A stretch of DNA of 64,000 bases from Dehalococcoidia bacterium (GTDB lineage Bacteria > Chloroflexota > Dehalococcoidia > UBA2979): NCBI GenBank assembly GCA_965262725.1, contig OZ253555.1, forward strand, positions 2,976,001-3,040,000, written 5' to 3'. Below the pieces are notes generated by a model. The model did not search any database. It saw only the letters and a program-made list of their open reading frames with translations, and was not told where the DNA came from. The stretch's first letter is position 1. The number at the start of each line of letters is the position of its first letter. Positions 29,907 through 39,786 of this stretch are shown here, one piece after another. Position numbers and translations under genes: made by a program.

Positions 29907-31172
29907 GTGCCGCGTACCACCATCAGCTCGCCGCTCGTCTTCAGCACGCCGTGGCCGTTCTGCGCCGCGGTCCGAGCCGGCAATCTCACCTTTCTCTCGG
30001 GCTCGGTCGGAGCGGATCCGGCGACCGGAGCGCTCGCCGGCGGGCGTGCGGGCCACCCGGACGCCGCCGCGCAGACGAGGGCGACCGCCAAGATGCTCGA
30101 CGACGCGCTCACGGCGCTCGGCTCGCGTCCGGACGAGCTTGCAAGGCTCCTCACCTACCACGCGACGTGGTCGGGCTACGACCGCGTCGACGGCGTGCTC
30201 GGGGAGCACTACGGCGCCGGGCAGCCGGCGCGCTCGACGGTCGGCCACGGCCTCGTCTCGCCCGGCTACCTCGTCGAACTGGAGGGGATCGCGGTCTCCG
30301 GCTGCGAGCTCGAGCCGATCATCGTCCCCGGGGCGGGGGCTCCCGATGGGGTGCCGGCGGCGGTGCGCGCGGGGAACCTCCTCTTTCTCTCCGGCATGGC
30401 GGGCGTCGGCCCGGACGGCCGCGTGGTGGCGACGGGCGACATCCGGGCGCAGACCCGGCAGGCGCTCGAGAACACGCGCGCCGTGCTGGCTGCGGCCGGA
30501 GCAACGCCCCGCGACGTCATCAAGAACCACACCACGATCGTCGACTGGCGCGACTTCGACGCCTACAACGAGATCTACGCGGAGTTCTTCGGCCAGCCCT
30601 ACCCCGCGCGCGCCTCGATCCAGGGCACGCTCGCCGATCCCGATCGCCTGATCGAGTTCGAGATGACGGCCGTGCTCGACGGGGGCGATCGCACCTACGT
30701 CGACACGGGGAAGCTCGGCGCGTACCAGGACCGCGATCACTACGTCGTGCCCAGCGACCGCATCATCCTCGACGACCGCATGACGCCGGGCGTGGCGCCG
30801 CACTGCGCGGGCATCCGCTCGGGCGACCTCATCGCCGTCTCCGGGGTGGTCGCGACCGATTTCGAGGGGAAGCTCATCGGCCCCGGCGACGTCCGGGCGC
30901 AGACGCACGCCGTGCTCGACGGCATCGGCTACGCGCTGGAGAAGCTCGGCTCCGAGTTCGACGACGTCGTGAAGACGCAGGTCTCGCTCGTCGACTGGCG
31001 GCACTACGCCGCCTACAACGAGGTCTACGCCGAGTACTTCAGCCCGCCCTACCCGGCACGCGCCACCGTGCAGGGCGGGCTCGCGCAGTACGGGCTCCTT
31101 GTCGAGATCGAGGCGTACGCCGTCGTCGGCGCCGCCTCCTCCGCGACCGTGCTCGTCGGCGAGACCGGCTAG
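29907..31172 (+). CDS. RidA/YjgF family protein with three tandem domains
   Basis: Three copies of ..G(N/D)L..(L/V)SG...AQT...PAR(ST/AS/AT)...(V/I)E.E. Confidence 0.85.
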   Translation: MPRTTISSPLVFSTPWPFCAAVRAGNLTFLSGSVGADPATGALAGGRAGHPDAAAQTRATAKMLDDALTALGSRPDELARLLTYHATWSGYDRVDGVLGEHYGAGQPARSTVGHGLVSPGYLVELEGIAVSGCELEPIIVPGAGAPDGVPAAVRAGNLLFLSGMAGVGPDGRVVATGDIRAQTRQALENTRAVLAAAGATPRDVIKNHTTIVDWRDFDAYNEIYAEFFGQPYPARASIQGTLADPDRLIEFEMTAVLDGGDRTYVDTGKLGAYQDRDHYVVPSDRIILDDRMTPGVAPHCAGIRSGDLIAVSGVVATDFEGKLIGPGDVRAQTHAVLDGIGYALEKLGSEFDDVVKTQVSLVDWRHYAAYNEVYAEYFSPPYPARATVQGGLAQYGLLVEIEAYAVVGAASSATVLVGETG

Positions 31173-31188
31173 GACCGGGGCCGGCGCC

Positions 31189-31968
31189 GTGGAGCGCCGC
31201 CTCGAGGGCCGGGCCGGCGTCGTGACGGGGGCGGCCTCCGGCATCGGGCGCGCGACGGCGGCGCGGCTCGTCGCCGAGGGGGCGCGCGTGCTCCTGCTCG
31301 ACCTCCCGGGCACCGATCTCGAGGGCGCGCGCGCCGAGGCCGAGAGCGCGGCCCCGGGGGGATCGCCCGCGCCGCGCGCCCTTCAGCAGGCCGCCGACGT
31401 CTCCGTCGCGACCGAGGTCGAGGAGGCCTGCGCCCTCGCCACCCGCCGCTTCGGCGGCGTCGACCTCCTCGTCAACAACGCGGCGACGCTCGGCTTCGTG
31501 GGGCCGCCTCTCGACTACCCGGAGGAGCTCTTCGACCGTGTGCTCGCCGTGAACGTGAAGGGTCCGTGGCTGTGCCTGCGCGCCTGCGTCCCTTCGATGC
31601 GGGCACGGGGCGGCGGCGCCGTGGTGAACATCTCCTCCACGTCGGGGCTGGGGGGCGCGCCCTGGCACATCGCCTACGGCGCCAGCAAGCACGCCGTGCT
31701 CGGCCTTACGCGCTCGGCGGCGCTCGCGCTCGCACCCGACGGGATCCGCGTCAACGCCGTCGCCCCGGGCGCCGTCGAGACGCCGATCCTCGAGGAGCTC
31801 GAGCGCGGACTCGGCCGCTCTCGCACCGAGCGCGTGGAGCAGATCCCTCTCGGGCGCGCCGCCACGCCCGCCGAGGTCGCGGCGCTCGTCGCCTTCCTGC
31901 TCTCCGACGAAGCCGCCTTTATTACGGGGAGCGTGCACTCGATCGACGGCGGGACGCGCGCCCGGTAG
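31189..31968 (+). CDS. Short-chain dehydrogenase/reductase
   Basis: TGAASGIG, NNA, YGASK, IRVNAVAPG. Confidence 0.9.
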   Translation: MERRLEGRAGVVTGAASGIGRATAARLVAEGARVLLLDLPGTDLEGARAEAESAAPGGSPAPRALQQAADVSVATEVEEACALATRRFGGVDLLVNNAATLGFVGPPLDYPEELFDRVLAVNVKGPWLCLRACVPSMRARGGGAVVNISSTSGLGGAPWHIAYGASKHAVLGLTRSAALALAPDGIRVNAVAPGAVETPILEELERGLGRSRTERVEQIPLGRAATPAEVAALVAFLLSDEAAFITGSVHSIDGGTRAR

Positions 31969-31995
31969 CCTCGGCCCCGGGAAGCGGGAGGCGCC

Positions 31996-32961
31996 ATGCA
32001 CGCAGCCGTCGTCCACGAGCCGGGGCCGCCCGAGGTCCTCCGCTACGAGGAGGTCGAGAACCCCTCCTGCCACCCGCGCGGCGTCGTGATCGAGGTCGAG
32101 GCGGCGAGTATCGAGGGCGGGGATCTGCGGGCCCGCGCGCAGGGCCCGCTCCCACACACGCCCCACGTGGTGGGGTACCAGTGCGCCGGCGTCATCCGCG
32201 AGGTCGGGGGGGCCGTCACCGAGCGCTCGGTCGGCCAGCGCGTGGTCGCCGTTTCGGGCGCAGGATCGCACGCCGAGCTTCGCTCGGTGCCTGCGCGCGC
32301 GACCTGGGTGCTCCCGGACGGCCTGGGCACCGAGGAGGCGGCGTGCGTCCCCGTCCCCTTCGCCACGGCGCACGACTGCCTGCACGAGTTCGGACGCGTC
32401 GTCTCCGGCGAGACGATCCTGATCCAGGGAGCGACCGGGGGCCTCGGCATCGCCGCCATCCAGATCGCGAAGGCGGCCGGCGCGACGGTGATCGGCACCT
32501 CATCGAGCGAAGAGAAGCTCGAGCAGCTCGCCGAGTACGGCCTCGACCACGGGATCCCGACCACAGGCGACACCGTGGCCGCGGTTCGGGAGCTGACCGC
32601 GGGGCGGGGCGTGGACCTTGTCATCGACCCGGTGGGCGGCGAGACGCTCCAGCGGAGCCTCGCCATGCTCGCCTACCGCGGGCGCGCCCTCACCGTCGGG
32701 AACGCGAGCCGCGGGGAGAGCACGGTCGACGTCTCTCCCCTGATGAACGGCAACCGCACGCTCCAGGGCGTCTACCTCGCCGCGGAGCAGGGGGCGAACT
32801 TCGCCCGCGTCGAGGCGCTCATCTCGGGGCTCCTTGCGCAGGTCGCGGCCGGGGAGCTCCGCGTCCTCATCGACCGCCGCTTCCCGCTCTCCGAGGCCGC
32901 CCGCGCGCACGCCTACGCCGAGAGCCGCCGCGCCCTCGGGCGCGTGCTGCTGATCCCCTAG
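31996..32961 (+). CDS. NADPH:quinone oxidoreductase-like MDR
   Basis: GPPEVL, GATGGLG.AAIQIAK, DPVGG, GRVLL. Confidence 0.88.
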   Translation: MHAAVVHEPGPPEVLRYEEVENPSCHPRGVVIEVEAASIEGGDLRARAQGPLPHTPHVVGYQCAGVIREVGGAVTERSVGQRVVAVSGAGSHAELRSVPARATWVLPDGLGTEEAACVPVPFATAHDCLHEFGRVVSGETILIQGATGGLGIAAIQIAKAAGATVIGTSSSEEKLEQLAEYGLDHGIPTTGDTVAAVRELTAGRGVDLVIDPVGGETLQRSLAMLAYRGRALTVGNASRGESTVDVSPLMNGNRTLQGVYLAAEQGANFARVEALISGLLAQVAAGELRVLIDRRFPLSEAARAHAYAESRRALGRVLLIP

Positions 32962-32969
32962 CCGACCCC

Positions 32970-33794
32970 GTGAACCCGCCCGTGCCCCGCCGCGGCTACG
33001 CGCCGACGTCGCTCGGCCAGATCCACTATCAGGAGGTGCCGGGCCCCGCCGTGGCCCTGCCCGGGGCGGGCGACGCGCTCGTGCTCCTCCACCAGACGGC
33101 CGACTCCTCGGCCCAGTTCCAGGAGCTGCTCGGGGAGCTCTCGGGCCGCGTGCGCGCCCTGGCCCTGGACACGCCGGGCTACGGGCACTCCGACCCCATC
33201 CCCCCGGAGCTCGCGCCGCCCTCCATCCCGGACTACGCGCGCGCGGTGGCGGAGCTCCTCAAGGCACTCGCGGTGGGGAGAGCGGCCCTGGTCGGCACGC
33301 ATACCGGCGCCGCGATCGCACTCGAGCTCGCCGCCTCGCGGCCTCGGTTCGTCACGCGCCTCGTGCTCTCCGGGCTCCCCGACTACGAGCCCGACGAGAG
33401 GGAGGGGAAGATCGCAGGAGCCCACCCCGCGAGCCCGATGCCGGACGGTGCCCACCTGCTCCAGGCCTGGGAGCGCGCCGCCGATCCGATGTGGGGGCGC
33501 ACCTCGCTCGCTCAGGTCGCGCGCTCCGCCGTCGACTCCGTGCGCGCACTCCCCGACCGCCACCACGGCCCGCTCGCCGTCTTCCGCTACCACGCGCGGG
33601 AGCGCATCCCGCTCGTCCGGGCCCGGGCGCTCCTGCTCTACGGCGGGCACGACCCCTTCGCCGCCATCCAGCCCCGGCTTGCAGGGCTCTTCGCCGACGG
33701 CCGCTCAGAGCACATCGAGGGCGGTGGAGCCTCGCCGATGCAGCAGCGCCCGGCCGACTACGCAGGGCGGCTCCTCGCCTTCCTCACGGAGTAG
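32970..33794 (+). CDS. Alpha/beta hydrolase fold protein with atypical nucleophile motif
   Basis: VLLHQT, ALDTPGYGHSD, VGTHTGA. Confidence 0.8.
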   Translation: MNPPVPRRGYAPTSLGQIHYQEVPGPAVALPGAGDALVLLHQTADSSAQFQELLGELSGRVRALALDTPGYGHSDPIPPELAPPSIPDYARAVAELLKALAVGRAALVGTHTGAAIALELAASRPRFVTRLVLSGLPDYEPDEREGKIAGAHPASPMPDGAHLLQAWERAADPMWGRTSLAQVARSAVDSVRALPDRHHGPLAVFRYHARERIPLVRARALLLYGGHDPFAAIQPRLAGLFADGRSEHIEGGGASPMQQRPADYAGRLLAFLTE

Positions 33795-33804
33795 GCCGTC
33801 GGGC

Positions 33805-35400
33805 TTACGCGCGCCCCTCCGGAGGGAAGGCCGGATCGCCGGTGAAGCCCTCGAGCGAGAGCTCGCGCAGCCTGAGGACGGCCTCACGCAGTGGCTTCAG
33901 GGACGGCGAGCCCTGGCCGCCCTGCTCCTCCATCCCCGGCGGGTATGGGGGCGCAGGCGACGCCGGGTCGAGCGGCGGCGCCTCCCACGGCGGGGCGAGC
34001 GCCTCCGCGCCGGCGGCGGCCCGCAGGAGCGTCGCCTCCTCGTGGCGGCGCCCCACCAGCTGCAGGCCGACCGGCAGCCCGGAGGGAGCGCCCGGGGCGG
34101 GGATGCGCCCCCAGGGGAGCGTCACCGCCGGCAGCCCCAGGAGGGAGGAGACGCGGTGCAGGTTGTGCCACTGCGGCCCGACCTCAAGCGGGCGGTCGCG
34201 CATCGCGCCGAAGCCGCCGTCGAGCCGGGTCGCCGCTGTCGCGGTCGAGGGCGAGGCGATGACGTCGACCTCGGAGAACGCCTCGTCGATTTCCTCTCCG
34301 ATGGCGCGGCGGGCGCGGAGGGCGAGCAGGTAGTCCTCGGCGGGGATCGCGCGATCGGCGGCGAGACGGGCTGCGAGTTGCCGCGAGTAGGGGGCGCCGC
34401 GGTCGAGGGTCGCGGCGTGGGCGGAGGCGACCTCGGAACGCATTATCGCGGTCGAGCAGGCCGCGGCGTACTCGGTGCGCGCGAGCGTGAGCTCGACGAC
34501 GGTGGCGCCGGCGTCCTCCATCGCCGAGACGGCCGAGCGCACGCGCGCGAGCACCGAGTCGTCGACCGTCCCCTCGGCATGGCGCCACGAGACGCCGACG
34601 CGAAGGCCACGGAGCCCCTCCGCGCCGCGGCCGCAGGCCGCGCCCATGCCGCGGAGCGGCTCGCCCGATGAGAAGGGGTCGCCCGGGTCGGCGCCGGAGA
34701 TCGCCTCGAGCACGAGCGCGGCGTCCTCGACGGAGCGGGCGAGGGGACCGACGTGGTCGAGCGACCACGAGTTCACGATCACACCGCGGCGGCTCACGCG
34801 GCCGAAGCTCCCGAGCAGGCCGACCAGGCCGCAGAAGGCCGCCGGGCGCCTCACCGAGGCGCCGGTCTCCGTGCCAAGCGCGGCGAAGGCGAGCCCCGCG
34901 GAGACGGCGGCCGCGGAGCCGCTGGAGGAGCCGTTGGTGGAGCGCATCAGATCCCAGGGGTTGCGCGCCGCGCCGAAGCCCGCCGACCAGAGCGAGCCGG
35001 CGATCGCGAACTCGTGGAGCAGGGTCTTCCCCACGAGCACCGCGCCCGCCTCGCGCTGGCGCGCCCAGCAGGTCGCGTCCTCCTCGGGCACCCAGCCGCG
35101 CAGCACCTCGGAGGCGGCGGTGGTCTCGACGCCCGCGGTCGCGATATTGTCCTTGAGCGCGACGGGTATCCCGTGGAGCGGCGATCGCGGGCCCGAGCGC
35201 GCGATCTCGCTCTCGGCGTCCGCCGCCTGCTTGAGAGCGAGCTCGGCCGGGACGGTAATGTAGGCGGCTAGGTGTCCGTTCAGCGCCTCGATGCGTTCGA
35301 GCGTCTGGCGGGTGAGTTCGACGGGGGAGATTTCGCGGGCGGCGATCTGCCGCGCGGCTTCGACCAACGTCAGGGTCGCGAGCTCCGGGTGGGCGTCCAT
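33805..35400 (-). CDS. Amidase signature family protein
   Basis: PLHGIPVALKDN, GSSSGSAAAV, GTETGASVR.PA, GLPVGLQL. Confidence 0.9.
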   Translation of the reverse strand: MDAHPELATLTLVEAARQIAAREISPVELTRQTLERIEALNGHLAAYITVPAELALKQAADAESEIARSGPRSPLHGIPVALKDNIATAGVETTAASEVLRGWVPEEDATCWARQREAGAVLVGKTLLHEFAIAGSLWSAGFGAARNPWDLMRSTNGSSSGSAAAVSAGLAFAALGTETGASVRRPAAFCGLVGLLGSFGRVSRRGVIVNSWSLDHVGPLARSVEDAALVLEAISGADPGDPFSSGEPLRGMGAACGRGAEGLRGLRVGVSWRHAEGTVDDSVLARVRSAVSAMEDAGATVVELTLARTEYAAACSTAIMRSEVASAHAATLDRGAPYSRQLAARLAADRAIPAEDYLLALRARRAIGEEIDEAFSEVDVIASPSTATAATRLDGGFGAMRDRPLEVGPQWHNLHRVSSLLGLPAVTLPWGRIPAPGAPSGLPVGLQLVGRRHEEATLLRAAAGAEALAPPWEAPPLDPASPAPPYPPGMEEQGGQGSPSLKPLREAVLRLRELSLEGFTGDPAFPPEGRA

Positions 35401-35482
35401 CGCCGGCGACGATAGCAGTTCGGCGCCCGAGGCGCCCCGCGCCCGGGGCGTCCTGAGGCGTATGCGGAGGGGGGCGGGGCCG

Positions 35483-36238
35483 ATGGCGGGGAGGCTCGAG
35501 GGTCGGGTCGCGATCGTGACCGGCTCGGCGGCGGGGATCGGGCTTGAGACCGCGCGGCTCTTCGCGCGCGAGGGGGCTCGGCTCGTGCTCGCCGACCGCA
35601 ACCGCGCAGGCGGGGAGCAGCAGGCGGCGGAGCTCTCCGCGGGCGGATCCGACGCCCTCTTCGTCGCGACCGACATCTCGCGAGCCTCCGACGTGGAGGC
35701 CCTGGTCCTAGCCTGCATGGAGCGGCACGGCCGGCTCGACGTGCTCGTCAACAACGCCGGCATCTACCCCCGCACCGGCCGCCTGCACGAGGTGTCGGAC
35801 CTGGAGTGGGACCTCACCGTCGGCACCAACCTGCGCGGCACCTTCCTCTGCTGCCGCGCCGCCATTCCGCACATGCTCGGCAGGGGCGGCGCGATCGTGA
35901 ACCTCTCCTCCGGCTCGGGCGTGCGTGGCTCTCCGCACGGCGCGGCCTATGGCGCGACCAAGGCAGGGATCCTCCACCTGACGCGCACGGCCGCGCTGGA
36001 GTACGCCGCGGACGGAATCCGCGTCAACGCGGTCGTACCGGGACTGACCGACACGGCGCAGGCGCGCGGATCGACGGGGAGCCGGGAGGCGTACGAGGCG
36101 TGGGAGCAGCGGCTGCCGCTCGGTCGCGCGGCCCGGCCCGAGGAGGTGGCGGCCGTGATCCTCTTCCTCGCCTCCGACGAAGCTTCCTACGTGACCGGCG
36201 CCGAGTACGTGGTCGACGGGGGCCGGACGGCCGGCTAG
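35483..36238 (+). CDS. Short-chain dehydrogenase/reductase
   Basis: TGSAAGIG, NNAG, YGATK, VDGG. Confidence 0.9.
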   Translation: MAGRLEGRVAIVTGSAAGIGLETARLFAREGARLVLADRNRAGGEQQAAELSAGGSDALFVATDISRASDVEALVLACMERHGRLDVLVNNAGIYPRTGRLHEVSDLEWDLTVGTNLRGTFLCCRAAIPHMLGRGGAIVNLSSGSGVRGSPHGAAYGATKAGILHLTRTAALEYAADGIRVNAVVPGLTDTAQARGSTGSREAYEAWEQRLPLGRAARPEEVAAVILFLASDEASYVTGAEYVVDGGRTAG

Positions 36239-36259
36239 GGGCGACGGGGGAGGGGCGCG

Positions 36260-36502
36260 ATGGCGAGCGAATCGGCGCGGGCACTCGCGGAGAAGGCGAT
36301 CGCCGACTACGGCTTCCGCCAGGCGCTGCTGTGGGGCACCGACGAGGTGCTCGCCGCCTGGGCGCTCGAGCCGTCCGAATCCGAGGCGGTGCGCGAGCGG
36401 ATGCTGGCGGAGGTCGAGGAGCTGCCGGTCCCGGTCGAGCCCGCGGAGCGACCAGCGGTCCTCACCCGCCTGCTTCAGGCGATCGACGCGGCGGCGCCCT
36501 GA
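36260..36502 (+). CDS. Hypothetical protein (80 aa)
   Basis: GGAGG before ATG; host-like codon usage. Confidence 0.6.
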   Translation: MASESARALAEKAIADYGFRQALLWGTDEVLAAWALEPSESEAVRERMLAEVEELPVPVEPAERPAVLTRLLQAIDAAAP

Positions 36503-36524
36503 CCGCACGGCTCGCGGCGCATGC

Positions 36525-37394
36525 TCAGGGCGGCGGCTCGAGGTCGTCGAGCCCGAAGGGAGCTGCGGCTCGCGCCGCGTTCGCGACGCGGATCGCGCGC
36601 GACACCTCCGTCACGTCGTGCACGCGCACGACGTGCGCTCCAGCCACCGCGGCGAGCACGTTGAAGGCGATCGTGGCGGCGAGGAGCGCGGGCGCGCGCT
36701 GCGTGTAGCCGACGCCGACGAGCTCGCCGAGGAACCCCTTGCGCGAGGCCGAGATCACGACCGGCCGCCCCGTCGCGCGGAGCGCCCGGACGGCGGCGAG
36801 GAGCCGCACGTTGTCTGCGGCCGAGCGGCCGAAGCCGAAACCGGGATCGAGCCACACGGCGGGGACGCCGGCCGCCTCCAGCTCGCGGGCGCGCCGCTCG
36901 AGGTCGGCGGTCACCTCGGAGGCGACGTCGTCGTAGTGCTGGTCGGCCTCGCCGTGACGCGTCGGCTCTCCCCGCATGTGCATCGCCAGGACCGGGAGCC
37001 GGTGCTCAACGGCGACCGAGGCCATCTCCGGGTCGCGGAGCCCGGTCACGTCGTTGAGCAGGTGGACCCCCGCCCCGGCGGCGGCGCGAGCCACCTCCGG
37101 CTTCCAGCTGTCGAGCGAGACCGCCACGCCCTCCCGCGCGAGCGCGTCGATCACCGGGCAGACCCGACCGATCTCCTCATCGAGTGGCGGCGCCTGACCG
37201 CCCGTGCGCGTCGAGTGCGCGCCGACATCGACGATCTCCGCACCCTCGGCGACCAGCCCGAGCGCGCGCTCAACGGCGCCACCGGGTTCGACGACGGAGC
37301 GCGCGACCGGCGAGTCAGGCGAGACGTTGACGATCCCCATCACCACCGTCCGCCCGGTCGCGTCGATCACATGCTCGCCCAGCGCAAGCCGCAT
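36525..37394 (-). CDS. folP: Dihydropteroate synthase
   Basis: MGIVNVSPDS, DVGAHSTR, MHMRGEP, DPGFGFG, SRKGF, RVHDV. Reads on the minus strand although the ORF track labels it +. Confidence 0.9.
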   Translation of the reverse strand: MRLALGEHVIDATGRTVVMGIVNVSPDSPVARSVVEPGGAVERALGLVAEGAEIVDVGAHSTRTGGQAPPLDEEIGRVCPVIDALAREGVAVSLDSWKPEVARAAAGAGVHLLNDVTGLRDPEMASVAVEHRLPVLAMHMRGEPTRHGEADQHYDDVASEVTADLERRARELEAAGVPAVWLDPGFGFGRSAADNVRLLAAVRALRATGRPVVISASRKGFLGELVGVGYTQRAPALLAATIAFNVLAAVAGAHVVRVHDVTEVSRAIRVANAARAAAPFGLDDLEPPP

Positions 37395-37402
37395 GACGGC
37401 GC

Positions 37403-38365
37403 CTACCCGTGCCCGGCGGGGGCACCGGCGCCGGCCTGCGGGGTCTCCCCGACCTCCGGCGGGGCGAGGAGGGTCGCGAGCGCGGCGGCGGTGTGGGGCG
37501 GATGCGCGAGGTCGAGCGCGAGCAGTTCGCGCCCAAGCGCGGCGTAGAGCGCCCGAAGCGACGGCTCCCGGGCGAGGGCCTCGAGGTGGCCGGCAACGGT
37601 CGGGATGTCGCCGCGCGCGAGGGGCCCCGTCAGGGCGGCCTCGAGCCCGACCGCGGGCGGGAGCTCCGCTACCGCGGAGGCGGCACCCGCGAGGAGCGGG
37701 CCGAGCGCCCGGGGAGCCTCCTGGACCGGGAGCCCGGCGAGCGCCCACGCGCGCGCGGCGGCAGCGGCGAGCGCCACCACGTCGTTCGACGCGAGCACGG
37801 CCGCCGCGTGATAGCAGGCGCGATCGATACCCTCCAGGCGGAGCGTGCGCTCCGCGCCGAGGTCTGCCGCCAGCGCCTCGAGCAGCGCGCCGAGATCGGA
37901 TCCATCCTCCTCGGCCGCCTCAACGCCGACGGCGATCCCCCTCAACCGCTCCGGGGAGCCCGCGGGATCGGGGAAGGCCTGCAGCGGGTGCAGACAGCCG
38001 AGCGCGACCCCCGAGGCGGCGAGCGGGGCGAGCGGGGCGAGGTCGAGCGCGCCGGCGCAGTGGACCGCCGCCTGTCCCCGCCTCCACGGGAGCGTGGCGG
38101 CAAGCGCGGCGACGGTGGCGTCGGGGACGGCGAGCAGCACGAGGTCGCTCTCCCGGACCACGTCCTCGGCCGACAGGGCGCTGGCGCCCGGGATCGCCCG
38201 CGCGAGCGCCTCGGCGCGCCCGGAGCCCCGGCCCGCGAGGGCCGTGACGCGGTAGCCGGCCGAGGTCATCCCGCGCGCGAGCGAGGCACCGAGGCGCCCG
38301 CAGCCGATGACGCCGACGGCGAGCTCTCGCCGCGCCGTGAAGCCGATCCGAGCGCTCTTCGCCAC
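37403..38365 (-). CDS. Rossmann-like/DUF2520 oxidoreductase
   Basis: IGCGRLG, LAVPD, HCAGA, HPLQAF, YHAAAVLASN, LTGPLARGD. Confidence 0.85.
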   Translation of the reverse strand: MAKSARIGFTARRELAVGVIGCGRLGASLARGMTSAGYRVTALAGRGSGRAEALARAIPGASALSAEDVVRESDLVLLAVPDATVAALAATLPWRRGQAAVHCAGALDLAPLAPLAASGVALGCLHPLQAFPDPAGSPERLRGIAVGVEAAEEDGSDLGALLEALAADLGAERTLRLEGIDRACYHAAAVLASNDVVALAAAAARAWALAGLPVQEAPRALGPLLAGAASAVAELPPAVGLEAALTGPLARGDIPTVAGHLEALAREPSLRALYAALGRELLALDLAHPPHTAAALATLLAPPEVGETPQAGAGAPAGHG

Positions 38366-38520
38366 GCGCCTTCCCTCCGCCGGCCGGCCGCGCCCTCGAT
38401 TCTAGCGGCGCGGGAGGGCGGCGCCCGCGCCGCCGCGGCCACACGCCCGGGTGGCGCGCACCCGCGGCCCTCCGTAGAGTCGGCGCGCGCCCGTGCGGCG
38501 CGCACGGCGGCGGGAGAGCG

Positions 38521-39297
38521 ATGTCCGAGGGGCTCCTGATCGGGATCGAGTTCACCGCGGACGAGCTGCGGCTCGCGCTCGCCGAGCCCGGCGGCGCCCC
38601 GCTCGGGGAGCCCCGCCGCTGGGCGCTCCCCGAGCTCCCGGACGAGGAGTCGTGGGCATGGGAGGTCGGCGGCCATATCGCCACCGCCTTCGCCGAGGAG
38701 GGGAGCGGGCGCTCGGCGCTCGCGATCGCGATGGCGGCGCCCGGAGCCGTCGACCCCGTCGCCGGGCAGCTGCTCGAGGGCGGCCAGAGCGGATGGGAGG
38801 GACTCTCCGTCGTCGAGGCGCTGCGTCGCCACATCGACGCCCCGGCCGCGGTCGAGAGCCGCGCGCACGCCGGCCTGCTCGGAGAGCGCGCGGAAGGCGC
38901 CGCCCGGGGCGCCGACAACGTGCTCTACCTGCTGCTGCGCGGCGAGCCCGCGGCGGCTGTGCTCACCGGAGGCCGCGCGCTGCGCGGCGCCCACGGACGG
39001 GCGGGGGCGATCCCCGCCGTCGCCGATCTCGACCCGGAGGAGCGCCTCGGCGGCGAGGCGCTGGAGGAGCTGGCGGTGCCGCTCGCCGACGCCGCCGCCC
39101 TGCTCGACCCGGAGCTCGTGGTCGTCGACGCGCCGACGCGACTGCGTGATCTGCTCATCCCGGTGCTCAAGCGGCTCACCGCCGACGTGGCGCCCGGCGC
39201 ACGCGTCGTGCCGGCGCTGCTCGGCGCCGACGCGCCGCTCACGGGGGCGCTCACCATGGCCGCGACGCTCGCCTACGAGTCGGGGCGCGAGGCGTGA
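38521..39297 (+). CDS. ROK family protein (divergent)
   Basis: APGAVD, LLGE..GAARG, LRGAHGRAG, LGADAPLTGA. Confidence 0.75.
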   Translation: MSEGLLIGIEFTADELRLALAEPGGAPLGEPRRWALPELPDEESWAWEVGGHIATAFAEEGSGRSALAIAMAAPGAVDPVAGQLLEGGQSGWEGLSVVEALRRHIDAPAAVESRAHAGLLGERAEGAARGADNVLYLLLRGEPAAAVLTGGRALRGAHGRAGAIPAVADLDPEERLGGEALEELAVPLADAAALLDPELVVVDAPTRLRDLLIPVLKRLTADVAPGARVVPALLGADAPLTGALTMAATLAYESGREA

Positions 39298-39725
39298 GCC
39301 AGGCGGCGGGCGGCGGCGGGCGGGTGAACCGCATCCGGCTCTCGCTCGCGCCGGAGGAGACCGGGACGCTCCTCGGCGCCTGCGCCTGGGTGCTCGGCGC
39401 GCTCGAGATCCTGAAGGACCGCGGCCACGCCGCCGAACAGGAGGACCTCCACGAGCTCCACGACGGTCTGGCGCCGGCTGTGAACCGGCTCGCCGCCCTC
39501 GTCGGCGGGGCGCGCGGCGCGCTGGGAGCCGACCAGGAGACGCAGGAGGCGATCGAAGAGGCGTTCGGGCGCGTGCGCTCGGCCTTCGAGCGCTGGATCG
39601 AGGTGACGGCCGCCGACACGATGGCCGCCGCCCTGGAGCAGCGCCTCGAGGAGATCGACGGACAGGGGGGCGAGGTGCCCCGGGACGGAGACGCCGCGAC
39701 CGTGCCGGGAGGCGACGGGAGCTAG
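39294..39725 (+). CDS. Hypothetical protein
   Basis: GTGA overlap with ROK gene; host-like codons. Confidence 0.6.
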   Translation: MSQAAGGGGRVNRIRLSLAPEETGTLLGACAWVLGALEILKDRGHAAEQEDLHELHDGLAPAVNRLAALVGGARGALGADQETQEAIEEAFGRVRSAFERWIEVTAADTMAAALEQRLEEIDGQGGEVPRDGDAATVPGGDGS

Positions 39726-39786
39726 GCCGACCCCGGCGCGCGGTGCTCCGCCGACACACGAGAAGCGCCGGGCGGCGCGCCCGGCG

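Noticed and set aside
36525-37748. ORF track lists the FolP-containing ORF on the + strand
   Set aside because: Direct reading places ATG at 37394 and the stop at 36527-36525 on the minus strand; the upstream extension overlaps another gene.
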